Positions 25,373 through 38,600 of a DNA stretch of 64,000 bases are shown one piece after another (within the stretch, counting starts at the first letter, position 1; the number at the start of each line of letters is the position of its first letter). The position numbers and the translations under genes were made by a program. This stretch comes from Octopus vulgaris (Eukaryota). A model generated the notes under the pieces. The model searched no databases. It was not told the origin of the DNA and saw only the letters and a list, made by a program, of their open reading frames with translations. Where the stretch lies: contig OX597820.1 of NCBI GenBank assembly GCA_951406725.2, positions 45,508,001-45,572,000 on the forward strand. The letters are read 5' to 3'.

Positions 25373-26183
25373 AGTGTTGAATTTGCTCAGCTTTGAAGTT
25401 CAAATTGAATCAGTCTACTTCTTGTAGTCCAGATGGGGACAATCATTATAGAAACCCTATTTATAACATAGATCAAAATAGATGGATGAAGTAAATATTT
25501 ATATTTTTTTTCCTGAGGAACTTGAAGTAGATGAGGCCATAAATAATAGCATGTAGAATATTCGGTTAAAAAATCCTTTGGTTGGAAATAAAAGGTCAAA
25601 GGGTAACTTAATCTTCTACATGCTATAATTTATAGCTTTATCCACCTTGAGCTCCACCATGAAAAATAATTTAGTTCATATCTTTTAAAGTTTATAATCT
25701 CTTGTAAACAATTCTCGCTGGTGAGAATAAAGCTTCTGGAATGGATGGATGAACTTTGAAGTGTTACTGTCATGTTCGAGATGTAGGTTCATGTCTCATG
25801 AGCAGCCTTTGACTTTTTTATTTTACCACCCAATGGAGTTTTTAACTCAAAATTCTACAAACTATGATTTATAGCTTTAACTACTCCAAGTACCATGGTA
25901 AACAAATAATTTACTTCATATCTCTTAAAGTTTACAAATTCTTATGTAAATGGATAAAGGTATCAAAAGACATTATAACATCTTTATTAATAGTAAGTGA
26001 AAGCATATTAGATGTTAGTAAAATCTGTGTGTACAGATGCATGAGTAAAACTCATTCAGATGAGCCCTATTACGAATCCTTAGACTGTGAACAAAGATAG
26101 AAATTCAGTTCTATATTTAAGAGATGAGGAATTATGTACATTATTTATTTCGACGGATATTTGTCCTCATCTTGTCTGTTGTT

Positions 26184-26229
26184 AACACAACGTTTCGGCT
26201 GATGTACCCTCCAGCCTTCTTCAGGTGTC
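26184..26229 (-). ncRNA. Minimal hammerhead ribozyme, left arm
   Basis: Exact reverse complement of 26400-26445. Confidence 0.75.
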
Positions 26230-26399
26230 TTGGGTAAATTTTGAACCTGGGTTCTCATTCCTAAAGTAGTTTTCAATGTTGTTATTATTATTGTTAGTGT
26301 TCAGCTCACTGCTTGGAATCGATTCTAAGCAGTGACCTGAACACTAATAACAACGAAAAATACCTTAGGAATGAGAACCCAGGTTTGAAATTTCCCCAA

Positions 26400-26445
26400 G
26401 ACACCTGAAGAAGGCTGGAGGGTACATCAGCCGAAACGTTGTGTT
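26400..26445 (+). ncRNA. Minimal hammerhead ribozyme, right arm
   Basis: GACAC CUGAAGA A GGCUG-gaggguacau-CAGCC GAAA CGUU GUGUU: intact core, stems I and II, a palindromic ACGU in place of stem III, and a GUU cleavage triplet. Confidence 0.75.
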
Positions 26446-26871
26446 AACAACAGATGAGGACAAATATCCGTCGAATGTAAATAATGTAAGATAGAAATTG
26501 TTACTATGAATACATAATACTTCTTGAGAAGACCAGCGTTTCATGGAAAGCTTGCACTGTTTCAACTGCAAAGTCTTTCAATGCCATTAATATCGCTAGA
26601 ATCCATATGGACAACATATGCATAAATTTGAAAGACAATATAACCTTGTATGGTTCAACTTGTATAGACAAAGTGAAGGGAAAACAGGTCACAGTTTTTC
26701 GTATACGAATTCATAAGCTTCATTTTCATTGGTTGAGCTCTTGCTTGGCTGAGTACATGCTAGCAACATATATTTTACAGAATAACATTAAAGAATAAAA
26801 CACTTTTTTTGTTAATATAAAATTGGACACAAGGTTGGCATAAACATTGCCATGGTTCATGTTTGACACAC

Positions 26872-27537
26872 TGGTCTAAACTGCAAAACAGTAGCCTCAG
26901 GAGGTGATAATATAAACTGAGCAGTGGTTGCCTCAATATCTCATCGACTATGGTGAGCAGGCTTCAGTATATTGTAAGCTAAGTTGGGCAAAGGCTACCT
27001 CATGATTTAAGTTTAGAGATGGTCTTGAGAAGCTAAATCCAAATTATACAGAAGATCTAACTCATAATCTGAACTGAATAGCATCCACCTCAGTAAGTCA
27101 TAAGCTGCACTGCAGAGCAGGCCTCAGTAGATGATTATTCTAACCTGACTGTGCCATAATCTACACTGAGCAGCAGTTTAACTAGTGTTATTCTAAACTG
27201 AAGTGCAACGATCACTATAAAATCATAAAGTAAATTGAATAGCTAGATAAGATCATAACCTAAGCTTAGCATTACCTGCCTTGAGTCATATTGCAAAGTG
27301 AACAAAGGCAGCCTTGATAGGTCATAATCGTAACTGAAGAGAACATAACTTAGCAGGTCATAATTTAAAAGCAGCTCTCAGATGATCATAATTTAAAATG
27401 AGCAGTGACCTATATTGGTCATAATCAATGGTGAGCAGTAGCAGCTTAGGCAGGTCATAATTTAAACTGTGCATGCAGGCTGCCGGTCAAAATCTAAACT
27501 GAGCAAGGACTATCTCAGTAAGAGAAAACTTCAAATT
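26872..27537. repeat. Degenerate ~28-36-bp tandem array, block 2
   Basis: Same core as block 1. Four consecutive units at ~27358-27486 measure 28, 33, 36 and 32 nt; about 20 units in total. Confidence 0.75.
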
Positions 27538-27729
27538 GTAATCTCAAAACTTAGAGATAACTTGGTATAGGCATACACAAGGTTGTTCAGTAGTTCTTTT
27601 TACATCCATTTTATAACTACAACACAGATACTTGAACAATAGCTAGCCAAGATTCTTAGTACAATATTATCATTTCCAACAGTTAAAAAATTCTGCCATC
27701 ATCACCGTCTTCATCTAGGGATCTCTTAA

Positions 27730-28019
27730 CCCTTTTGTTAACAATTGTTTCAGTTAATTTTACGAAAATAGCTGTCATTATTAAACTGGTGCTTGAAAAA
27801 AAATTAACCCCCTTGTTGCCAAATTTCTGTAGAAATACATTACCTTTGTTTCATTTAATTCTGAAAATAATGAAGAATCAAATAACTGTGGTTATTATGC
27901 CAGTGTTTGGAACATGAACTGACATGAAATTTCGACAGGTTTTAATTTAGTTCACTTTAAAACAAAAAGTTTGTATCATAGACACAAGGGTGGTCCTAGG
28001 CATGTCAGTATCAAAAGGA
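27730..28019. mobile_element. piggyBac-like MITE remnant
   Basis: TTAA|cccttttgtta ... gtatcaaaagga|TTAA. Confidence 0.45.
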
Positions 28020-28548
28020 TTAATACACCTGACCAGAAACATTGACGTTTGTTACCATCAAATATGAAAACCTAATAGAAATAATGAAGGAATTATTCAG
28101 TGTCATGAAAGTCAACATGTAATTATATAACATGTTCAACAATAACAGTAACCTTCAGTCTTTTCAGGAAGTCTAAATGTAAATAACAAAGAATAATTTC
28201 TACAGTAGAGACAGCTTGTTCTCTTCTCTAGCACCAAATACAGTAAATTGCTTCATGTAAAATGTACCAACACCACTATCGTTACAATATAAGCCAATGA
28301 GTGAGCCTTTTTGTGGATGCACATCCCTGCCATCATGTTTGAAATGGGGAGAAAAAATGTAATCCTAGATACACTGTGTCAGTAGAAAAATATGGGATGG
28401 TTATGGCTACAAAGCTTACATTGTCAGTAGCAGCAGCCAATTGGGTATCTGAAAAAAAAAAAAGGATTGGCCAACAAGTTTGATTCATCTATGCACAAAG
28501 CCAGCTAGTTAATTGAATGGGATGTGTTTAGTTAGCAACATCAACCCT

Positions 28549-28943
28549 ATTCTTTTATCTTTTACTTGTTTCAGCCATTTGACTGTGGCCATGCTGGAGC
28601 ACTGCCTTTAGTCGAGCAAATCGACCCCGGGACTTATTCTTTGTAAGCCCAGTACTTAGTTAGTTACTTATTCTATCGGTCTCTTTTTGCCGAACCGCTA
28701 AGTGACGGGGACATAAACACACCAGCATCGGTTGTCAAGCAATGCTAGGGGGACAAACACAGACACACAAACATACATATATATATATATATACGACAGG
28801 CTTCTTTCAGTTTCCATCTACCAAATCCACTCACAAGGTATTGGCCGGCCCGGGGCTATAGCAGAAGACACTTGCCCAAAATGCCACGCAGTGGGACTGA
28901 ACCCGGAGCCATGCAGTTGGTTAGCAAGCTCACACAGCCATTC
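28549..28943 (-). mobile_element. Near full-length SINE family A
   Basis: Reverse complement of 53929-54318; duplicate at 40058-40463. Confidence 0.85.
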
Positions 28944-31029
28944 AGGAGCTAAAAACACAAAGAATCATCTGCTTCTTAGCCATCTCCACAAACATGGTTC
29001 AGTATGTACATGTATATAAGTGTGTGTGTGTGTGTGTGTAACGTTTTATATGGAAAAACAAATTAACCCAGCTAAACAATATGAACAAGAGTTGCAGAGT
29101 TTATTTAAATCAACAAGTATGTTCTGGGAGGAAAAAAAAAAAATAAACAACAATAGAAATACATAACACCAGAATGTTGTTGTTGTTGTAATACATACAC
29201 ACTCTCTCACACGAATTAGTATCTTTCCATACTTCCCAGTTCCACTCCAGCACAGATGACACTGTGTTAGTAGTAAACACCAACAATAGTTTTGTAAACA
29301 GGAGAGAGGGTGAGGGTGGGGGGTAGGGAAGGAAGATAAGAAAGAAAGGAAAGAAGGAGAAAGAGAGAAACAGAATGTGTGTGTGTATGTGTTTATGTGA
29401 AGTATGAATTACAGACAAGTGACAAAAACAAAACAAGGACAATCATCATCATCATCACAAACACCTATTTAGGATGGTTAACACAGCTAGAGTAAAAAAT
29501 AAAAACTAATTGGAAAAGGAGAAGACCCAGTATCAGGCCAGCCTTGGCTAGAGAGCTAATCTCTATCACGTTTGGAAAATGTACAGATAAGATATAAATA
29601 ATCTGGCAAGCCTGGCAGAAAGGTGACAAAAATTAAGTTTTTAGACTTTATAGAGAAAGACATTACAGCCATTAGGTGTTAATAATAATAATAATAATAA
29701 ATTCTAATAGGCATAAGGCCATAAAGTTGGATAGGAGAATAGCTCAGTGTTCTTTATTATGTCACTCTTTCTCCAAAAGATGCACAGGAAGATGAATTGT
29801 AGGGGGGAAAAAAGCTGAAAAGAAACTACTCGAGATCCGAACTCAAACATAAAGCAATGTGACTAAATATTGTAAGATTCAGACTTTTTATTTGGTTGAT
29901 TCTGCAGTCCAACTCCTTCATAAAATCGATAGTAATCACTCCAATGAAAGGCCTTCTATATGGACGCTCAACTTACTAACCTTCAAATCACAACTTACTG
30001 ATCTTGAAAAATGAAGAAACTTAGATAAAGTTATCTAGTCTTAGAGGTGTTGTACCTGAAAATAAGACAGAATGGTCCTGATTACAACACCTTTGAGCAA
30101 GACCACATGTTAGCTTGATCAAGGCTGATTTGGGGCTAAACAATAGCAATAATAACAATCCTTTCTACAACAGGCACAAGGCCTGAAATTTTAGGGAAGT
30201 CAGTTACATTGACCCCAGTGCTTAACTGGTACTTATGTAGAGATGGATGAAATGCTGTTAAGCATTTTGCCCAGTATGCTAACAATTCTGCCAGCTTGCC
30301 ACCTTAATAATAATGATGATATATATAACTATCTATCTATATCTAGCTAGCTATCTAGATTTCTAACAGAAGCAAGGCCAGAAAGTTGAACCCGAAAGGA
30401 TGAAAAATAATAGTTGATCATGGCAGGATTTGAATGTAGAACTTAAAGGGAAATAACAGAATACAGCAATACGTTAAATCTAACACTTCAACAATTCTGT
30501 GCCCCCTACCAACCCCATTACCACCAGAGTCTGCCAATAATGATTTCTAACATTAATAATAATGACGATTTTGATGATGATACATAAACATATGTATGTA
30601 TGTAATTCAGTCTATTATCACAATAACAAAAAATGAACACAATTAACAAACAGTACTTTTATTAGACATCTTCAGAGAGAGGAAGGAAAGAGGGAGAGAT
30701 GGGAGAGAGACAAATAGAGCTGGAAGAAAGACAGAAAAAAAGGGATGTTGAAGGCAGAGAGGAAAGGACATCAGTCACAAAGAACCAACAGCAAATGCGT
30801 GTGTTTGTATGTATGTATGTATATATAAATATCATATAAGAACTGAACATTGTAAATAGGGAAGGGGAAACAATAGTAACAAACGAACTAATAAAAAGAT
30901 TCTACAAAAAAAGTCACTAAAAACTGGTCTTGGAGAAGTGAATTAAACAGTTGGTCCGTCCTCACACACAGATGTATACAGGCATCCACAGAGACAATTG
31001 CTCATTCTTGAGAAAAAAAGCGAGGCAAG

Positions 31030-31129
31030 NNNNNNNNNNNNNNNNNNNNNNNNNNNNNNNNNNNNNNNNNNNNNNNNNNNNNNNNNNNNNNNNNNNNNNN
31101 NNNNNNNNNNNNNNNNNNNNNNNNNNNNN
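31030..31129. other. Assembly gap (100 N)
   Basis: Directly visible. Confidence 1.
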
Positions 31130-31208
31130 TTCCGGTATGGGCACTGCCGTTAAAGTTTTGAAACCGGATGTTAATATCTACACCAGTGAAGTTGATACCT
31201 CACCACAG
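31130..31208 (+). CDS. Partial duplicate of enzyme exon 3
   Basis: SGMGTAVKVLKPDVNIYTSEVDTSPQ followed by a GT donor; the 5' part is lost in the gap. Confidence 0.7.
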
Positions 31209-32229
31209 GTAAATTTTAGAACTATTTTGATCAAACTGTGTGTGTGTGTGTACTTTTCTCCTTTGCGTCGATTACTTACAACCGCGATAATTCGACCTGA
31301 AGTAAAGGTATATCTAAATAATGTAGTGTATCTTGCAGGCATGAAGTGGATTCGATCCACCATAGCCAAATTTAAATTAACAGTTCAACAGAACTTTTCT
31401 CACGGTGGGACAATGGTTTTTTCAGTGACACCAGTTTTACATATGCCAGATGCCTTTAGCTAGGCCGAATTAATGTCTTCACCACTTGACCCTTATAACT
31501 CTTCTACTTCACCAAAAGCTAGAATAGAGATATCACAGTACCACCAACGAAGCCCATTGTTCTCAACGATATGTCTATCCTTCTGGGTAGTTATAAAAGC
31601 AAGAACCCCAAGAAAGAATTAGTGACTTGGTGACAAGTGAGTTAGTCGGCTCGTGACAACTCAATCAGTTAATGAATGACAAACTCGAGTCAGAGACAGC
31701 TACCATCAGTTAGGGAGCAGAATGCTAGAACCATAATTCAAAGCAAAGCAGCTACTAAAGACAATGGTCAAATGGAGAAATGAAATTTACTGTCAGCAGC
31801 TATGGGACTCAACTTCCCACACCCTCTCACTTTGTCTTCTCTGCACATTACCACATCTTTATCTGTGGTTTACTACTACAATACGGACATACAGGCCGAA
31901 ATTAACTTTTTTTTTAATTCGCACGCTCTAGGATTTTATTCACCTGCCCATCGAGGCAAGGTATATTCGATGTAACGGTAAATAAATATTTTCTTCACAC
32001 CTTCAACCACTGTTCTTTCATCTTTACATAATGGCCATCAACGAAGAACCAATCCTTACACACTAATTACGGCTCTGACATTCCATCCTACTATGTATCG
32101 ACTATCGTAGGATATTCCAGAAATATCTGTAAGACTGGATTTTTTCCAATAATAATAATGTATATGATTTGAGATGTTTGACTTGCCTTAATGCTTGTTG
32201 TCCTCTTTAACAATTATATATATATATAT

Positions 32230-32317
32230 GGTCCAGAAGGTTTTGGGAATCTGACGATACGCCATAAAAATAAACTCCTTATGGGCGAGAAACCTATGGT
32301 AATCCCATAAACTGACC
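32230..32317 (+). ncRNA. Hammerhead-like motif, duplicate of 20671-20759
   Basis: Same core and stems. Confidence 0.55.
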
Positions 32318-32324
32318 TTCCCCA

Positions 32325-32359
<35 letters not shown>

Positions 32360-32364
<5 letters not shown>

Positions 32365-33219
32365 GTGATCTAATCAATAAATATCCGGACTGTTGTATAG
32401 TAATGAAGAGTGAAGGCTCTTGGGACAATTTGACCTTGAAATCTGCTGTGCATGCGCACTAAGTTCCAACGCTCTAGCTCACTTCCACTGTTTACAGCAG
32501 TGCTTAGAAGGATGGTGTGTAGTGTGTGATCGTTGGATTGACTATGACAGAGAAAGCTGAGCAGAGAATCTGTGTCAAATTTTGCCAAAAGTTTGGCGAT
32601 ACCTACTCAGTGGCCTTCGCAAAGTTTTCAAAAAGTTTTCATCGTTCTTGACACAATCAAGGAGATTTTGTGCAACTGAAACCCGAGTGTCATTTGGGTC
32701 AGCTGAAAGCAGTTTTGGCACAAAATTGGCAGACAGTGATAATAGACTGAACTGAACCGTAACTAATCTGCACATCTTCTGGCAACTCACGGATAGTGAT
32801 TCGACGATTTCTCCTCACAGCTGTACGCACATCTGCGATGTTTTTCTCAATTCTGCTATGGATCTCCCAGAACGTTCGTCAATATCGACATTTTTTCGAC
32901 CATCTTGCGAACGTCTGAACTACTTGCATGCTTGTGTGCGGTTCATAACTCCTCTCCATACACTTTCTGCAAGTTGGAGCAGGCCTCTGAACAGATATCG
33001 CTATGACAACTTTCTCTGTCATGGTCAATGCGACGATCAGATGCTACACACCTTCCTTCCAAGCACTGCTGTAAACAGCGGAATTAAGCTAGAACGTTAA
33101 AACTTAGTGCGCATGGACAGCAGAGTACAAGGTCAATATGTGCCAAGCAGCTTCTCTCTGCGTGCTTTAGCTTCGTTACTATAGCAACAGTCCGGATATT
33201 TATTGATCATACCTCGTAT
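32360..33219. mobile_element. Mariner foldback element, duplicate
   Basis: Copy of 20806-21650. Confidence 0.8.
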
Positions 33220-34320
33220 ATATGTGTGTGTATGTGTATTACGAGTTACGTGAGATGTTCTGATTGACTTAGAAACACATGTAGTCTGAATGTACCTTTT
33301 CCATTCCTTATACCTTTCAGTTTGTGTGCATAATTAACAACCTTCGTTACCAAACTAAGAGTTTTATAGCAGCAGTCGTCATATTGAAATTTCCATCTAT
33401 TTTGATATGGGAGAAAATGCATGTCATACGCCGATTGATATGCTTTGTTGATCGAATAGTATCCGCTTTTTGTTATCTATACAAGTCAGTTGATGTTTAT
33501 TAACTTCCTGTGCCAAGATCTTTTCTGATCGCACTACTATATCACTACATGCACACACACACACACAAAGAGAAAAGAAACTTGTTGACTACTTAAAACG
33601 TAACAGAGTACGTATAAAATCAATGTGCTATAGAAAGCAATAGCATGCCCCTCCTCTCAAAATTGTTGGCCTCGTGTCAAGATGAGATAGAATCATTATT
33701 ATCATAATCATCATTAAGGTGGCGAGCTGGCAGAAACGTTAGCATGCCGAGAGAAATGCATAGCCGTATTTCGTCTGCTGTTACGTTCTGAGTTCAAATT
33801 CCGCCGAGGTCGACTTTGCCTTTCATCCTTCCGGAGTCGATTAAATAAGTACCAGTTACGCACTGAGGTCGATATAATCGACTTAATCCGTCTGTCTGTC
33901 CTTGTTTGTCTCTGTGTTTTTGTGGGTAGTAAATAAATATGTATTTCGTCCGTGTGAACGTTCTGAGTTCAAATTCGGCCGAGGTCGACTTTGCCTTTCA
34001 TCCTTTCGGGATCTATTAAATAAGTACCAGTTGCGTACTGGGGTCGATGTAATCGACTTAATCCCTTTGTCTGTCCCTTCTGTGTATAGCCCCTTGTGGG
34101 CAGTAAAGAAATGGATATTTTGTTCGTCTTTATGTTGTGAGTTGAAATTCCGGCGAGGTCGACTTTGCCTTTCAGCCTTCGGGATCGATAAATTAAGTAT
34201 CACTTGGGTACTGGGGTCGATGTAATCGACTTGACACCTCCCCCAAAATTTCAGACCTTGTACCTTTAGTAGAAAGCATTGTTATTGTTGTTACTATTTT
34301 TATTATTATTACTCTTTCAG

Positions 34321-34662
34321 GTTTATGAATGTCAAAAAGCTGGAAAAGCCGTGCCATGCAAATACACACCCAATTTTTGCGACGGCATCGGAGGACGTGG
34401 CTGCATGCTTCCCGTGTGGAAAGTTGCAAGAAAGGTAATTGATGACACGATAGTGGTCAGTACAAGAGATATAGCCGATGCTATCAAGTTATTAGTGGAG
34501 AGTAATTATGTAATCACAGAAGGAGCCGGTGCATCTTCAGTCGCAGCGGCCATGGCAGCAAAGGAAAAACTCTCGGGAAATGTTGTGTGTGTGGTTACAG
34601 GAGGAAACATTGACAACAAGAAATTGCTTCAGGTTTTGCGAGGGGAAATCCCGACAGATTAA
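34321..34662 (+). CDS. Serine racemase/threonine dehydratase-family enzyme, exon 4 (intact copy)
   Basis: Acceptor ctttcag. Encodes VYECQKAGKAVPCKYTPNFCDGIGG..EGAGA..VVCVVTGGNID..PTD*. The exons sum to 126+352+164+342=984 nt, i.e. 327 aa plus stop. Confidence 0.92.
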   Translation, partial: VYECQKAGKAVPCKYTPNFCDGIGGRGCMLPVWKVARKVIDDTIVVSTRDIADAIKLLVESNYVITEGAGASSVAAAMAAKEKLSGNVVCVVTGGNIDNKKLLQVLRGEIPTD

Positions 34663-35675
34663 TGAGTTCTGTTATCAATTTCGTTCTTTCTGTGAAAAGC
34701 ATGTTGCGATAAATTTTGCTAGAATGATAAAGAGGAGTGTTTTAAAAAATTATTCATAGCCTCAAATAGTTCCTGTGGACTATTTGGTATTTGAACTTAT
34801 ATATTGAAATTGGAATCGAGGAACAGTGAAAAGCTTGCCTAGAGCGGACTTTGCTTTATACATCTTCCATCATTGTAAGAATTTTTGAGGAATTAAAATC
34901 ATCAAATTTAAACAAATTTCTGTTTTCAATTTAATAAATTTAAAAAGAGTGGGGGAGAAAGGAGAGTGAGCAGTAAGAGAGAGAAATGGGCAGACAGATA
35001 GATAGATAGATAGAAAGGGGGAAGAAAAAATTAGAGCAAAAGGGAGACTACTCGTGATATGTATGTTGATTTTAGATTTCTCTATCCTGAGATTAGTCGG
35101 AGAAAAAAGAAAAAAGTCACTTAAATCTATTTCACATGCTAACGATATTGGATTGGTAAAACCATTGGAGCATTGAATAAAATACCTCGTGCTATATCTT
35201 CCGGTTCATTACATTGTTTGCTTGCTTGAAATGGGCTGGGTTCCCAGAGACGTCATCATGCACAGAGCCGGCCAGGTCCACCAGTGCTCTCTATTGCTGG
35301 CGTTCATGTGCCAGCCTCTCGACATCCTCCAAAGTGACGTTGAACCTCTGGAGATCTGATGCGGGGCCTGTCACGAGGCTTCTTTCAGCCCACATCTGCT
35401 GCGTCGAATGAGAATAAAGCCCTGGTAGGATGATCTAGCAGGGAGACGGAGGACATATCCGTACCAACTCAGGTATCTTTTCCGTCCTTTCGGGGTCGAT
35501 TAAGTACCAGTCAAGTGCTGGAGTCGATGTAAATAAAATTGCTGACATTTAGCCAAATTAGAACTAATACTTTCTTATTATTATTGATTAGAAACCTTCG
35601 TTAACACTGACCTTAATCGCACATTATATACCAGCTCTCCCATTGTATAACAACTTGAGATTATCAACTGTTCCT

Positions 35676-38600
35676 GTAGGGCTCAGCTTCAACTAACCAA
35701 TGACCACTGAACTTAGTATACTATAACTACGCTGAGAAGCAGCTGCAATAGACGATACATTAAACTGAACATCAGCCAAGTCAATACATTACATTTAACA
35801 GTGACTGCATCGGTAGGAGATGATTTAAACTGAGCAGTGGCATGTCCTGTAGATCATAACTGACACTCAGCTGCAGCAGCTGTTTCGATGGGTAATGACC
35901 TAAACTGATTAGTAGTAGGTAGCCCTAATGAGTCATAATTTAAACTAAGCAGTGACTGCCTCAACAAATCATTATTGGAAATGAGCAGAAACAGGTCGAC
36001 AGGCTACAACCTTAAATGAGTAGCACACATTAATAAATCATAGTCTGAACCGAGTTGTTGCATGCTATATAGGCCATTACCTAAACTAATAACAGTTTTG
36101 ATAGTTGATTATGATTTTCTTTCAGTAGCTGTTCCAATAGGGCCAATTGTTAACTGAGCAGCAGATTTCTCTAGATCATGATCAAATTAACTAGTGGCTA
36201 TTTCAACAAGCTATAAACTGAACTGGACATTTGTTGCCTAAGTAGGTCAGATTCTAAATTGAGCAACATATCATACTCTTAAATGAGCATCAACTTCAAT
36301 GCTATTATCTTAGATGAGCAGTAGAATCTTTGGTTATGCTAGCTTAAACTAAGCAGTAGCAGCTGCAAGAGGTTTATAATCCAAACTGAACTGTGAATCT
36401 CAGTAGGTCATAATTCCAACAAAGCTTCTGCATGCTATGTTGTTCATTATTTACACTGACCAGCAGGTCTTAGTACAGAAACTGAGGAGTAACAAGGTAG
36501 GTCAGGACCAACTGGTATAAGAAGTTACAATTTAAAATGAGAAGCAGGTTTCAGTAGGTCAGAATATAAACTGAGCAGAAAGCCTCAGTAGGTCATAATA
36601 TAAACTGAACTGCAGTGATTCAGTAAATCAGGAAATCTGAGCGGCAAGACTTTGTGGGCTGTAAAATAAACTGAACAGAAGCTGCATAAGTAAATTACAA
36701 TTCAGATTGAACAGCTGCCACCTTGATAAAACTCTAAATTAAGCTTGTCATAATCTGAGAGATCAACTTCTGTATGCCATAATATGAGAAACTGGTCAAT
36801 CTTCTGAGCAATGATTATCCCAATAAGTCACAAGGTAAACTGGGTAGTTGTCTCTGTGTGTAGGCTTTAAATTGAGCTAAAGCTTACACACAGCATAATT
36901 TTAAAACTGAGCAGCATCAGCTTAGGTGGGTAATAGTTTGAACCAGTGTTGAATTTGCTCAGCTTTGAAGTTCAAATTGAATCAGTCTACTTCTTGTAGT
37001 CCAGATGGGGACAATCATTATAGAAACCCTATTTATAACATAGATCAAAATAGATGGATGAAGTAAATATTTATATTTTTTTCCTGAGGAACTTGAAGTA
37101 GATGAGGCCATAAATAATAGCATGTAGAATATTCGGTTAAAAAATCCTTTGGTTGGAAATAAAAGGTCAAAGGGTAACTTAATCTTCTACATGCTATAAT
37201 TTATAGCTTTATCCACCTTGAGCTCCACCATGAAAAATAATTTAGTTCATATCTTTTAAAGTTTATAATCTCTTGTAAACAATTCTCGCTGGTGAGAATA
37301 AAGCTTCTGGAATGGATGGATGAACTTTGAAGTGTTACTGTCATGTTCGAGATGTAGGTTCATGTCTCATGAGCAGCCTTTGACTTTTTTATTTTACCAC
37401 CCAATGGAGTTTTTAACTCAAAATTCTACAAACTATGATTTATAGCTTTAACTACTCCAAGTACCATGGTAAACAAATAATTTACTTCATATCTCTTAAA
37501 GTTTACAAATTCTTATGTAAATGGATAAAGGTATCAAAAGACATTATAACATCTTTATTAATAGTAAGTGAAAGCATATTAGATGTTAGTAAAATCTGTG
37601 TGTACAGATGCATGAGTAAAACTCATTCAGATGAGCCCTATTACGAATCTTTAGACTGTGAACAAAGATAGAAATTCAGTTCTATATTTAAGAGATGAGG
37701 AATTATGTACATTATTTATTTGACAAATATTTGTCCTCATCTTGTCTGGGTTCTCAATCCTAAGGTAGTTTTCGATGTTGTTGTTATTATTATTGTTAGT
37801 ATTCAAGTCACTGCTTGGAATTGACTCCAAGCAGTGACCTGAACACTAACTATAATAACATCGAAAAATACCTTAGGAATGAGAACCCAGGTTTGAAATT
37901 TCCCCAAGACACCTGAAGAAGGCTGGCGGGTACATCAGCCGAAACGTTGTGTTAACAACAGATGAGGACAAATATCCGTCGAATGTAAATAATGTAAGAT
38001 AGAAATTGTTACTATGAATACATAATACTTCTTGAGAAGACCAGCGTTTCATGGAAAGCTTGCACTGTTTCAACTGCAAAGTCTTTCAATGCCATTAATA
38101 TCGCTAGAATCCATATGGACAACATATGCATAAATTTGAAAGACAATATAACCTTGTATGGTTCAACTTGTATAGACAAAGTGAAGGGAAAACAGGTCAC
38201 AGTTTTTCGTATACGAATTCATAAGCTTCATTTTCATTGGTTGAGCTCTTGCTTGGCTGAGTACATGCTAGCAACATATATTTTACAGAATAACATTAAA
38301 GAATAAAACACTTTTTTTGTTAATATAAAATTGGACACAAGGTTGGCATAAACATTGCCATGGTTCATGTTTGACACACTGGTCTAAACTGCAAAACAGT
38401 AGCCTCAGGAGGTGATAATATAAACTGAGCAGTGGTTGCCTCAATATCTCATCGACTATGGTGAGCAGGCTTCAGTATATTGTAAGCTAAGTTGGGCAAA
38501 GGCTACCTCATGATTTAAGTTTAGAGATGGTCTTGAGAAGCTAAATCCAAATTATACAGAAGATCTAACTCATAATCTGAACTGAATAGCATCCACCTCA

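Larger units (their letters stand above)
26094..26499. mobile_element. Penelope-like foldback insertion with two hammerhead motifs
   Basis: A ~350-bp palindrome (26137-26488), a ~31-nt unpaired extension on the left, and a 12-bp direct repeat aagatagaaatt at 26094-26105 and 26488-26499. Confidence 0.75.
19518..31029 (+). repeat. Copy 1 of an 11.5-kb duplicated block
   Basis: Near-identical to 31130-42618 and ends exactly at the N gap. Confidence 0.95.

Noticed and set aside
25630-25670. Walker A-like IIFHGGAQGG*S on the minus strand
   Set aside because: The lysine position is a stop, surrounding frames are closed, and the paralogous repeat lacks the motif.
24100-27537. CRISPR array or repetitive coding exon
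   Set aside because: Eukaryotic context, no cas genes, highly diverged repeats, linkers too short and mutually related, unit lengths not multiples of three, and frequent stops.
31130-34662. Second complete paralogous enzyme gene
   Set aside because: Only part of exon 3 and exon 4 are present, the breakpoint coincides with the gap, and the flanks are near-identical to copy 1.
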